A stretch of 59,627 nt of DNA, from positions 1 through 59,627 of the IMG/VR virus record IMGVR_UViG_3300011116_000422; one strand, 5' to 3'. The stretch comes from a virus (taxonomy: Duplodnaviria; Caudoviricetes). Both the position numbers and the translations under genes were made by a program. Positions 46,732-55,812 of this stretch are shown here, piece after piece. Position 1 is the stretch's first letter, and every line of letters starts with the position of its first letter. The notes below the pieces were generated by a model that saw nothing but the letters and a program-made list of their open reading frames with translations, was not told the origin of the DNA and searched no databases.

Positions 46732-47480
46732 TAGTCCACCACCTTAAACTGATGTATTTCTACAACTTGGTCTTTACTTAAAAATCTATATTCCGGCCCT
46801 ATGTATCTCATCTTAGTATTACGAGGCATAAGGAATTCTTTTTCATGTTCGGCAATAGGCTGTCCGGGAAACATGCGTGGCATATAAATCCCCTTCCCCT
46901 TGCCCGTCTTAATTTCCATAATGGATTTTTTGCCACTCGATACGGTTGCTAGACTTAGTAAAAGAATACCATTATCAGGATGAGTTATATCTGCCGCGGT
47001 AGTCGAAGTAAAACCCTTATCCATATAAACACCACCCTTCTTTAAACCTGCAATTGCATCCGCGCTTGTAGTTCTCCATACCAATTGGTTTCCAATAGGA
47101 GGAGCCATTTCAATTGCGTGGTCTAAGCCAACAACATCGGCTGACTCAGAATAGGGTCCTCCTGTTTCAATGGAAATATCGTCTTTTCTTAACCTGTCGT
47201 TTACGGCTGTTCCGGTTCCCAAGTAATGTCCTAGGGCCGCTGTTGACTGGTCTCCTGTGTGAGCAATAGTGAACTCATCTTCAGTGCCAACGCCATAGGC
47301 TTTATCCACTTTTCTTTCAAAGTGTCTTAAAAGAATATCTCCTTCACTTACAGGTGCTCCGCCGCCGCCTCCACCGGAGACAAATCGACCATCGGCACCG
47401 TGGTGAGGATTGTATTTTTCAAGCAGTGTTCCGCCTCGAACTATCTCAAGGTCGCCCGGCATAGTTTTAAATTTACTCAT
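46731..47480 (-). CDS. NPY-tagged VIP2-like ADP-ribosyltransferase
   Basis: VWR, DKGFTSTT, EKEFLMPRN. Confidence 0.85.
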   Translation of the reverse strand: MSKFKTMPGDLEIVRGGTLLEKYNPHHGADGRFVSGGGGGGAPVSEGDILLRHFERKVDKAYGVGTEDEFTIAHTGDQSTAALGHYLGTGTAVNDRLRKDDISIETGGPYSESADVVGLDHAIEMAPPIGNQLVWRTTSADAIAGLKKGGVYMDKGFTSTTAADITHPDNGILLLSLATVSSGKKSIMEIKTGKGKGIYMPRMFPGQPIAEHEKEFLMPRNTKMRYIGPEYRFLSKDQVVEIHQFKVVD

Positions 47481-48508
47481 CCGTCCATCCTTTGAAAAAC
47501 AGGTGCTCTATCTTCAACCCCAAAATTTGTATAGCCAAGGAATAACAAGGGAACGCCTCGAGGAAGTAAGACTTCTCTTTCATCCGCTGAAACAGGATTG
47601 CTCTCACCCACTGCGGTTCTAAAAACATCTACGGCAATGCCTTTACCGTTCTTACTTTTGTTAGGGAGAATAATTCCGGCTGTATCGGGGGTTGTATCAA
47701 TACCGCTTAACCATGTGCGAGAAGAAGAATTATCTTCGTGAATTACATTTGTTCTTGTTGTTGAAAGAAAACCTTTATCTGTCACTACATCACCCGGTTT
47801 TAAATCTGCTAACACCTTGTTGTCAAAAACACGATACAGGGGTTTATCTCCAAAAGCAACAGGGGCTGAAGCAATAAGGCTATCTAAATGAGCCACTTCT
47901 TCTTTGATTGCCAATACTTTAGGTGAACTGCCTGAATTGTAAATACTTAAAATTTCTTTGCTGTGTTCCCCGCTTGTGGCAAATTCGTAAATTGCGTCTT
48001 CGTAATCCGCATCTCCTAAAGGGCCTACATGTCCTGCTTCGTATTCGCTTAACGCTTGTTCATACAACCTAGGGTCGTTGTTTACAATATCTCGGGCTTC
48101 TTCATAATCTATTTCGGTTTTTTGGTCCCCGCGCAGGGTGCTATTAATTTCTTTGTATCCATTGCGAGAGTAATGGTCAAGAGCATCTATTTCATCTTTT
48201 GTTGTGCCAATTGGTTTGCCATCTTTATCAACGTTGTATCGGTCTTCATAAACAGCCGCAAGTTCATCGCCTTGAGTTTCCTCGTCAAATGTTCCTTGAG
48301 TTAGTGTTGCCTCGTCGGCAGTAACGTAACCATTGGCAGGGTCGGCAGGTTTAATTTCCCCACCCGCGCCCGCGCCCGCGGGGGCGCCTGCACCCGCGCC
48401 CGAACCCCCACCTGAAGCAAAGCGTCCTCGAGCATCGTGGTTAGGATTGTATTTTTTAAAATCAATTTGAATATCAAAAGGTGAGTCATAAATAAATTTG
48501 CTTTTCAT
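47477..48508 (-). CDS. NPY-tagged VIP2-like ADP-ribosyltransferase
   Basis: Y...GY..IN..LR, LYR, DKGFLSTT, EREVLLPRG. Confidence 0.88.
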   Translation of the reverse strand: MKSKFIYDSPFDIQIDFKKYNPNHDARGRFASGGGSGAGAGAPAGAGAGGEIKPADPANGYVTADEATLTQGTFDEETQGDELAAVYEDRYNVDKDGKPIGTTKDEIDALDHYSRNGYKEINSTLRGDQKTEIDYEEARDIVNNDPRLYEQALSEYEAGHVGPLGDADYEDAIYEFATSGEHSKEILSIYNSGSSPKVLAIKEEVAHLDSLIASAPVAFGDKPLYRVFDNKVLADLKPGDVVTDKGFLSTTRTNVIHEDNSSSRTWLSGIDTTPDTAGIILPNKSKNGKGIAVDVFRTAVGESNPVSADEREVLLPRGVPLLFLGYTNFGVEDRAPVFQRMDG

Positions 48509-50305
48509 TTATCTAACCACCTTTGCTTTAATTAATAAATCAGCGGGGTTGCCTTCCCTGCCGCTGACTATACTTTGCCTAGTCAATCCTATTCCTGTCA
48601 CTTGGAATTTTGTTCCACGGGGCAAAATATGTTCGTTTTCACTTAAAATATCAGCGCTAGGCGCATATCGATTATCAACGTTTTTAAAATACTTTTTTAC
48701 TGAAAGAGCCTGACTTCCTTTGGGGAGTTCAATTTGCAGAACTGCCCCTCTGCCCTCATTGGCAGGAAGAAAATCCCATAATTGCGTTGTATCCGGAGTT
48801 GTGGAAGCGAACCCATTATCTGTATAAACATCCCCGACTTTAAGGTTTTCAAAAGTCGAAAAGCCATTAGTTCCGATAGCCCTGTAAAGCGTCATATCTC
48901 TAGGAGTTTCTGTTTGAGCAATAAGGCTATCCATCGCATCTACGGTATCAATCATGTCGTCTTCGCTTAAGTTATTTTCGCCGCGGCGACCTGTGCGAAG
49001 AAAACTATTTATGTCATTGGAATAAGGGCCTGTATAAGATTCAAGATATCCCTCATCAGTGTTGTAATCATATTGAGGATGTGAGTCTTTTTCTGTATAG
49101 CCATTCCCATCAGGTAATTTTTCTACGGTTACACCACCACCACCGCCTGTTGTAAAACGACCAGTTGAAGCGTCGCGGTAAGGATTGGCTTTTGTTATAG
49201 GGATAGAGTCATCAATAAATGGACGACCGCCAAATAACAAATCAAAGTCCATGCCAAAATCTGCGGCTTTTTGAATTACATGTGGCTCAATCATCTTGAC
49301 TTCGACAACCGTAAAATTAGTTGGTTCTTGTTTTGCCCAACTTGAATAAATAGGCCGATTGTTTCCTTGGTTTCGACGGTCATCTGTAAACTTTAACTTA
49401 TCCGTTGCCAAAGATTGAATCTTTCCTGCCTGCACAGTATTCCAAATGTTTTCTGCTTCCGCAGGGGAGTATCGAGTTTTACTATATGTGGCTACCTCAA
49501 AATGAGAAGCGCTACCATCGGTGTATTGAATTTTTCTCGGCTCAAATGTGCCGCGACTCCAATAAGGCGCTTGAACCTTACTCACACCAACAACTTCAAA
49601 CTTTCCACTTGTCACTACTTCGTGGTCGGCTGGATACCAACTGTTCTTTGCTGAAACCGCTATACCTTTTGCACCCGGCTGAATTTTCATAATCACTTTA
49701 TCAGTGGCTCCAGATACTCTGTCCGCGGCATACCATGAAGCAACACCCAAAGAACGAGTTGTTGAAACAAGTGGCATGTCCACTGTATCGCCGGGTCTTA
49801 AATTACTAAATTGTTTTACAAGGGCTTGTGACTCTGGGTCTGTTGCGCTCGCTACTATTCCTCGATAAAGCGCAGGTTGATTAGGAGTTCCATTTGCAAT
49901 TGCAGTAACCATTGACTCCGCTTGTTTTTGTGCAGTTTCATTTGATGAACCGCCAAAGCCGCGTTGTGTTAAATAATTTAATTGTCCGCCGGGGGCTAAA
50001 TCGCTTTTAGGGACATCAAGTCCTAGTTTTTCTCCAACGTGCTGTCTGTATAAATCGACGTATTGATTACCGTCAACGCCGTGTTCCCAATTGTCCCAAG
50101 TCTTTGCATCTACGCCACCGGCATTTTTAGGACTTGCTGGGACTGGAGCATTTGGGTCAAAGTTTTTTAAATCTTCTTCGACGGATAAAGTTGCACCGCC
50201 TGCACCACCACTTGCAAAACGTCCTCTAGCATCGTGGTGCGGATTGAATTTAGCGAGATTACTTCGGCTTCTCGAGGCTTTCCCAGATATTCTTAGCGAA
50301 CGCAT
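48509..50305 (-). CDS. Polyprotein with two NPY-tagged ADP-ribosyltransferase domains
   Basis: Domain 1 LYRG/VSTT/DHEVV; domain 2 YT...IN.FLR, LYRA, GFASTT, ENEHILPRG. Confidence 0.85.
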   Translation of the reverse strand: MRSLRISGKASRSRSNLAKFNPHHDARGRFASGGAGGATLSVEEDLKNFDPNAPVPASPKNAGGVDAKTWDNWEHGVDGNQYVDLYRQHVGEKLGLDVPKSDLAPGGQLNYLTQRGFGGSSNETAQKQAESMVTAIANGTPNQPALYRGIVASATDPESQALVKQFSNLRPGDTVDMPLVSTTRSLGVASWYAADRVSGATDKVIMKIQPGAKGIAVSAKNSWYPADHEVVTSGKFEVVGVSKVQAPYWSRGTFEPRKIQYTDGSASHFEVATYSKTRYSPAEAENIWNTVQAGKIQSLATDKLKFTDDRRNQGNNRPIYSSWAKQEPTNFTVVEVKMIEPHVIQKAADFGMDFDLLFGGRPFIDDSIPITKANPYRDASTGRFTTGGGGGVTVEKLPDGNGYTEKDSHPQYDYNTDEGYLESYTGPYSNDINSFLRTGRRGENNLSEDDMIDTVDAMDSLIAQTETPRDMTLYRAIGTNGFSTFENLKVGDVYTDNGFASTTPDTTQLWDFLPANEGRGAVLQIELPKGSQALSVKKYFKNVDNRYAPSADILSENEHILPRGTKFQVTGIGLTRQSIVSGREGNPADLLIKAKVVR

Positions 50306-50378
50306 CTATCTCAGCGTCCGTCATTGTTGAGATGTTTGCCGGGATTTCCACGACTTCCAACTTCTTGTTTTGTGACAC
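50259..50378 (-). CDS. Hidden 39-aa overlapping ORF MSQNKKLEVVEIPANISTMTDAEIDAFAKNIWESLEKPK
   Basis: GTG start 5 nt after GGAGG; overlaps the end of the protease gene and the start of the ART gene. Confidence 0.6.
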   Translation of the reverse strand: MSQNKKLEVVEIPANISTMTDAEIDAFAKNIWESLEKPK

Positions 50379-52185
50379 CTGTGCCTCCAGTTTGAACTTC
50401 TGCAAAGTTTGCTACATCCCAAATCGAAATTTGGTCGCGGGACTGTCCCGCAGTTATTGCCGCGCCTCTATCTAAAATGTTTTCGGATACATCCAAATAC
50501 ACTTTTCCATCCTCAGTATTATGCCATAAACCTAGGTAGTTCTTTCCGGTCCCCAAATCGGCTTTATTGTCCTTCATGTAATCAGCAAGAATCTTAGGCC
50601 CTTTTTCTGGGTCATAGAAATCTTCCGCGCTTACGGTCTTTCCATATTCAGTTCCTTTAGCGACCATATACCCGCTAGTAGGTTCCGAGCCATTGACCAT
50701 ATTGACCGATAGGCCACCATTGGCTTTAACGCGGTCTAGGATTGAGGATGCAACTCCGGCCCCCATACCGCCGCCGCCAGTCGTGAATCGACCAGTGGAG
50801 CCGTCTCGATAGGGATTTGCTTTATCGAGGCTATCTAATTTTTTTTTTAATGTGGACATCTTGTGTCCCACCAAGGTTTTTGTCTCTTTGCCGCCTTGAT
50901 AGATTCTGATTAAAACGGCTGGGTCATCTTTTGTTGCATTGATACTGAATTTAGAATCAGGTATTCCTAAAACGCCATCGCGCATGATGTGCTCAACTTT
51001 GCCTTCGGCCTTTCCACCTGATGAATTCCAAGAAACCATGTCGCCAAGTTTAATAGGAGATTCTTTTGCTACTGCAACTGTTTCTTCAGGCAGGTCAACC
51101 AAGATTCGCTCGGCCTTGCCACCAATTGAGTAACCTGTAAGTTTTCCGGCCTTGACCATTTCCCAAGCCCACGGTTCCCACTGGACGCCCATAAAGACTG
51201 TTCCGGTTGGATATGTGTGTTCTCCCAAAGAGCCATCGGCTTTTGTGATTGGAACTGTAACTGGGTAAGGCCATGTCATTGTTTCGACCCATTCGCCTGC
51301 TACAACATTTTTGTTGTGCTGTAAACGGATACGACGGTCTCCGCTCTTAACATAATTCCAAAGAGCCTTTTGTAATTCCTCTGGGTCGGTCCATTCGCCA
51401 TGTGCATCAGCGCGGTCCGGGATATACCAAGGGCCAAGAGTGAATCGCTTTTCATCTGCCTTAAACAGCGATTTAATTTCACCAACAATAGTTGCTGTCC
51501 CACCCTCAGCAACGCTCCCAGCGAGTGACGGCTCGCTCACCTTATTCAGTAAGTCTTTAATCTTTGAAAGAATAGATTTACCTAGGCTGTCTTCAACATC
51601 CATTGGTTCGGAGGGTTCTTGAACAATTTCTTTAGGTCGGACGACCATCATGTATCCACCGATATCTAGCATTTGCAGAACGTCGGCGAATTTATATCCA
51701 TTATCAATACCAGTTTGAATAATCTGCTTGACTGGTCCTAATGACGGGTTTTCACTTTTTTGTAGAGTTTGTAAGTCTGTGGTTACGTTATCGATTACTA
51801 GAGGTTGACTCCAGTTGCCGCATGAGCAATAACAATCCATTCCGGCTTTTTGCACTTCATTTAAGATGTTATGGTGGACATAAAGTTGTGCTTCAGACGG
51901 ATTAGTTGTTTTGTTGTGTAATTCATAATGTTGAGCAATAAGGACATCTACATTTTTAGAAAAAGTAGGGCGCTTAACGCGAACTCTACCCATGGCGCTA
52001 TCTACATGAACATCGCTAACAGTAGGGTTTTCTTTACGAGTTGCATCAGGCACATTTGCGTAGAGCGCTCGCTGATTATCTAAAGCGGCTTTACGGCTTA
52101 TATGGCAAGCAACTGTTTTTCCATTTTCATCAACGACGGCATAGCCTTTGCAGTCGGCGGCGTCTGTTTTAATTGAATATGGCAT
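50311..52185 (-). CDS. XkdF-type prohead serine protease polyprotein with Tudor/SH3-like and NPY-tagged C-terminal domains
   Basis: KRFTLGPWY.PD..DAHGE, RLQH, WEMVK.G.LTGYSIGG; GDMVSWNSSGG.A.GKV; KANPYRDGSTGRF. Confidence 0.88.
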   Translation of the reverse strand: MPYSIKTDAADCKGYAVVDENGKTVACHISRKAALDNQRALYANVPDATRKENPTVSDVHVDSAMGRVRVKRPTFSKNVDVLIAQHYELHNKTTNPSEAQLYVHHNILNEVQKAGMDCYCSCGNWSQPLVIDNVTTDLQTLQKSENPSLGPVKQIIQTGIDNGYKFADVLQMLDIGGYMMVVRPKEIVQEPSEPMDVEDSLGKSILSKIKDLLNKVSEPSLAGSVAEGGTATIVGEIKSLFKADEKRFTLGPWYIPDRADAHGEWTDPEELQKALWNYVKSGDRRIRLQHNKNVVAGEWVETMTWPYPVTVPITKADGSLGEHTYPTGTVFMGVQWEPWAWEMVKAGKLTGYSIGGKAERILVDLPEETVAVAKESPIKLGDMVSWNSSGGKAEGKVEHIMRDGVLGIPDSKFSINATKDDPAVLIRIYQGGKETKTLVGHKMSTLKKKLDSLDKANPYRDGSTGRFTTGGGGMGAGVASSILDRVKANGGLSVNMVNGSEPTSGYMVAKGTEYGKTVSAEDFYDPEKGPKILADYMKDNKADLGTGKNYLGLWHNTEDGKVYLDVSENILDRGAAITAGQSRDQISIWDVANFAEVQTGGTGVTKQEVGSRGNPGKHLNNDGR

Positions 52186-52203
52186 AGTTGTATTCTTTCA
52201 CAC

Positions 52204-53124
52204 TTATGGTTGGACGACGCCTGTTGGCATACGATTTTGCGCTAAAGGTGAATCTGGCTCTAATAACGAAATTGAGCAACGGCACATGATGTGCGCATCT
52301 CTAGGGTCATAGATACCGTTAGGGAAATACTGATTCCATTGAACACTCATGCCATTCATAGGCATACAAATAGAACAGGTTCGCTCATCTGTTGAAGTGC
52401 TCCATCGCTTCATAGATACCGGGCTTGCCCATCCCTGTTCAATGCTTTGTTCAAACCCCAATAAGCGTCCGGCGTTTTCTGCCTGAAGAATTTCGTTTCT
52501 AGCAATCACCTTGCTTCGCTGAGAAATCATTTTCTTGTATTGTTTTTCAACAAGTTCATTTAATTTAGATTCTAACCTACGACCTGATAGGCCTTCCTCC
52601 ATCAAGCGAGCGCGATTGAGGTCCACAAACTTGCTGAGAGTTAATTCTTGCCTCTTAGTCAAATTAATAACAGAGCGAAGTTCTCTCGCGGTATCGTAAA
52701 CAGTGATGCCTTCAGTAAATGCTCGGCCTACAACTGCTCTTACTTGGTCTTTCATTTGTCCAGTCATATTTGTAACTAATTTTGCCGACTGTTGCAAAGC
52801 GTATTGAGTTGAACGAGGGTCTGTGTAATCGAATCGTCCTACAAACCCGGTCTTAGGAAATCCGTTTCCTATCCCGCCTTTTATTGCTCGCTTAAAAGCC
52901 GATACGGTTTGACTCAAAGTAAATGCGGTTGCTTCCCATGGAAAAGCGTCAACAACCTGTTCGATATTGCCTGTGCTTATAGCCCCTTGAACAGCACTGC
53001 TAACCGACGCATTACTTAAATCGGATGCGGCATTGTTAATTATCTGAACAACTTCTTTTTCGTCAGGAGTTAACGGAGGTTGATTATCTTTAGGTTCATC
53101 CTTTGCTTTAAATACAAAAGACAT
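52204..53124 (-). CDS. MuF / SPP1 gp7-like minor head protein
   Basis: VIARNE, KRW....DERTC..C, H..CRC. Confidence 0.88.
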   Translation of the reverse strand: MSFVFKAKDEPKDNQPPLTPDEKEVVQIINNAASDLSNASVSSAVQGAISTGNIEQVVDAFPWEATAFTLSQTVSAFKRAIKGGIGNGFPKTGFVGRFDYTDPRSTQYALQQSAKLVTNMTGQMKDQVRAVVGRAFTEGITVYDTARELRSVINLTKRQELTLSKFVDLNRARLMEEGLSGRRLESKLNELVEKQYKKMISQRSKVIARNEILQAENAGRLLGFEQSIEQGWASPVSMKRWSTSTDERTCSICMPMNGMSVQWNQYFPNGIYDPRDAHIMCRCSISLLEPDSPLAQNRMPTGVVQP

Positions 53125-54396
53125 TTAATCCACCAAGTTCTCCGCTGGAGGCAATGACGCCTGTTCACGAAGATAAGCCTCTAACTTCTCATCTGGACTT
53201 AATGCGCCCGCACCAATAAGTTTCTGGACATAGTTGCTGAGTTCATTCAAATCAACAGATGAAACTTCACCATAAGAAAGATAAGGAGCAAGTTCTGGAT
53301 TCATCCCGTTTAACTTTAGGAGTCTAGGAATAGCGTATTGATTCATAACCTCAGCGATTGACTTAGCAATAGCCTCAACGCTCATTGTCCATAGGTCCAT
53401 CTTTTGTGAGCCAAGAGCAAATGAGCCAACCTGTTCGTGACCAAGGAGAATGAAATCTGATAGAACAGACATTGAAATTCTTTGGTCGTAACGAGCGATT
53501 ACCTTGTCTGTATCAAATTGACGTGACCCGCCGGATGAAAGAAGTTCAAGTGAGAACATCTCTTTTCCGTTTTCGTCATACATCAACGGGAAGATAACGC
53601 CTTCTTGTTCATTTCGTTTAATGTTCTGAACGATTTGAGTAATCTCAGCCAATACAGATTGTTGAGCCGCGGTTGCGCCTGAAGATAAATACTCAGGTGG
53701 AACTTTTGCAACAGGAAGTCCTGCAAGGTCGCGCTCGATACCAATTGCTTCGATTTCTTCAATGCGTCGCTTGTAATACCAAGGGCGGAAACAGTTACGA
53801 AGTAATGAACGACCTTCAGGGTTATTCTTACTTACGTTAGTGCGGAATAACAAACCTTTGTCAATAGGAATTTCACGGAAGCCTCCGCCTGCTGGGTCAA
53901 TCTGACGATAGCCTTGAATGCCGCCGTCTGCATCCATCATCCAGTTGTTGAGAGATTCTTGCGAGCGGATAGCAAACTTACGCCATCCAATTTTTCCGTC
54001 GTTGTGCTTAGAATTATATTTAGGGTCTTTTGAATCACCCTTGCGAATCTTGTAAACAATTTCGTGGAAAGAGAAACCATAAACAAGCATAGAAAGAATC
54101 GATGCAAGAGTTTGGTCCCATGAATCAGACATGTCTTCCATGCACTCATCAATAAAGTTTCTAAGTTCTTCGGCTTCAGGTGAATCGTCAAATGGGTCAA
54201 TGCGCCATTCGAGGCGAAGAATTACTTTTTCAATTGCATACAGGATTGAGCCGATTACCGGGTCATTGTCTGCCATCTCTCGATAGACAAGGAAACCTCT
54301 ACGACCGCGAAGTTGATTAAGAAATTCTTCATGGACAAAGCCACCCGAGCGGCGTAAGCCGGAGGTGCCTAACTCTGTTAAATCAGGTTTTGCCAT
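53125..54396 (-). CDS. Portal protein (DUF935-like)
   Basis: YGFSFHEIVYK, NPEGRSLLR, EAIGIERDLAG.P, GSFAL. Confidence 0.92.
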   Translation of the reverse strand: MAKPDLTELGTSGLRRSGGFVHEEFLNQLRGRRGFLVYREMADNDPVIGSILYAIEKVILRLEWRIDPFDDSPEAEELRNFIDECMEDMSDSWDQTLASILSMLVYGFSFHEIVYKIRKGDSKDPKYNSKHNDGKIGWRKFAIRSQESLNNWMMDADGGIQGYRQIDPAGGGFREIPIDKGLLFRTNVSKNNPEGRSLLRNCFRPWYYKRRIEEIEAIGIERDLAGLPVAKVPPEYLSSGATAAQQSVLAEITQIVQNIKRNEQEGVIFPLMYDENGKEMFSLELLSSGGSRQFDTDKVIARYDQRISMSVLSDFILLGHEQVGSFALGSQKMDLWTMSVEAIAKSIAEVMNQYAIPRLLKLNGMNPELAPYLSYGEVSSVDLNELSNYVQKLIGAGALSPDEKLEAYLREQASLPPAENLVD

Positions 54397-54404
54397 TTTA
54401 ATTC

Positions 54405-54551
54405 CTAATCTGTTGCCTTGGTCATTTTAGCAATCAAGGATAATGCCTCGTCTGCCGTAAATCCGCCTTTTAGTAAAGATTTATAAACCTCGTTTAGTCT
54501 AATAGCCGAGTCAACGAGCGGCGTGATTGAGGTTTCGTGAGATACATCCAT
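54405..54551 (-). CDS. 48-aa hypothetical protein
   Basis: ...EVYKSLLKGGFTADEALSLIA; read by hand. Confidence 0.65.
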   Translation of the reverse strand: MDVSHETSITPLVDSAIRLNEVYKSLLKGGFTADEALSLIAKMTKATD

Positions 54552-54580
54552 AATTGAATAAGCATACACTCACTCAATTC

Positions 54581-55057
54581 TTAAAACGGTGGAATGTCTT
54601 CCGAGTTGGCAAATGGCGTATTCCAAGGGTCCGCTTCTTTCGGAGTTTGCGCCCAAGGGTCATTGTTTACTGGTGCGGTTGAAGTTACAGCCGATTTATT
54701 TTGCAATCTTGTTATCCGGGCTGTTGCGCGACTTAATGCGGCGCCTACTTCTTTTGCTTCGACTTCAGTGCGCGAGCGCTTCTCTCCGGTCTTTTCATCT
54801 TCCCATGATTTCTGATAAGACTTACCATTGACAATTGCTTTGTCGCCCTTTGCAAGTGAATCTGCAACGTGTTCTGCAAGTTGGTCCCATGCAACACAAT
54901 TCCAAAATGTTGTATTTCGGTCTTCCCATACGCCGTCAGCGTTTTTATATCGGTCTGCTGTTACTACTGTAAATTTTGCAAGTGCTTTGCCTTGCTGTGT
55001 GAACTTTAGTTCCGGGTCTGATACTAGATTTCCTATTAACGTTACTTGGGTTGACAT
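54581..55057 (-). CDS. ssb: Single-stranded DNA-binding protein
   Basis: GNLVSDPELKFT, LAEHVADSL.KG, DPW repeats, C-terminal PPF. Confidence 0.95.
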   Translation of the reverse strand: MSTQVTLIGNLVSDPELKFTQQGKALAKFTVVTADRYKNADGVWEDRNTTFWNCVAWDQLAEHVADSLAKGDKAIVNGKSYQKSWEDEKTGEKRSRTEVEAKEVGAALSRATARITRLQNKSAVTSTAPVNNDPWAQTPKEADPWNTPFANSEDIPPF

Positions 55058-55070
55058 TTTCTGCCTTTCG

Positions 55071-55385
55071 TCAGTTTCCGCGTGATGCGGCCATTTGGTC
55101 AAGCATCTGAGATGTCATCTTTACGAATCGAAAGACTTCAATCTTTTTTGCTTGTTGAATCGCTTTACGTTCTTTGTCATTTGTTCCGCCCCATACACCT
55201 TCGACATCTGTGTGAATTGCGTATTGAGCGCAGTCATACATTATCGGACAGGTCTGACAAAGACTTTTAGCAATTGCCATGACCTTCAAGTATTGATTAG
55301 AGCGTTCGGGAAACCATATCTCAGGGTCAGTTGTTGCACAAGGTTCCGAGCCAACAGTTTTTGGATATTTGGGGGCCTTATTCAA
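55071..55385 (-). CDS. whiB: WhiB-family Fe-S transcription regulator
   Basis: C...DPEIWFP, AK.LC..CP...C, GVWGG...ER. Confidence 0.93.
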   Translation of the reverse strand: MNKAPKYPKTVGSEPCATTDPEIWFPERSNQYLKVMAIAKSLCQTCPIMYDCAQYAIHTDVEGVWGGTNDKERKAIQQAKKIEVFRFVKMTSQMLDQMAASRGN

Positions 55386-55401
55386 TTAAATAATCTCCAC
55401 G

Positions 55402-55665
55402 CTAATTGTCATCATCATTAATTACACCTTCGTAATGTTTTTGAATCATGTATGACTTCGCGTGGTCGAGCATTCCTGATTGGCGCCAAACGGGTTGGTC
55501 TGGTTCTGAGTGAGAACTAAACCAGAAATTACCGTCTGTGTCCACCCATTCGGTAACTAAAATCCATGTAGTGCATAAAGCACCATTAGGGGCAAGAAGG
55601 GTCGATAAGTCCTGAACGGCTTTGTTAACTGCTTCTAGTTTATCGTCCGCTTCGTTGTCCATCAT
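55402..55665 (-). CDS. Hypothetical protein
   Basis: WILVTEW...PVW...GML; RBS present. Confidence 0.7.
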   Translation of the reverse strand: MMDNEADDKLEAVNKAVQDLSTLLAPNGALCTTWILVTEWVDTDGNFWFSSHSEPDQPVWRQSGMLDHAKSYMIQKHYEGVINDDDN

Positions 55666-55695
55666 CTACCCCTCTTGCTTGAGACTAAGGATACT

Positions 55696-55812
55696 TCAGT
55701 CCTTCGATTTTTTGCGTTTTTGGGTCTTATCTATGATGTCGCAGACGCTACATTCATTATCACCATAAAGCCACTCGCCACACTTGCAACGATAAACTTT
55801 TGAATCAGACAT
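55696..55812 (-). CDS. 38-aa Zn-ribbon protein
   Basis: RCKCGEW...ECSVC; read by hand. Confidence 0.55.
   Translation of the reverse strand: MSDSKVYRCKCGEWLYGDNECSVCDIIDKTQKRKKSKD

Noticed and set aside
48362-48402. CCCGCG tandem repeats (also ~44963-44977)
   Set aside because: Simply encode Gly-Ala linkers after the tag
49618-49626. Additional 9-nt match to the sRNA seed
   Set aside because: Inside a CDS and not near a start codon; probably chance
44990-50825. Repeated tag sequences as a CRISPR array or DGR repeats
   Set aside because: Spacing is hundreds to thousands of bases, repeats are in-frame with synonymous divergence, and no cas or reverse transcriptase gene is present
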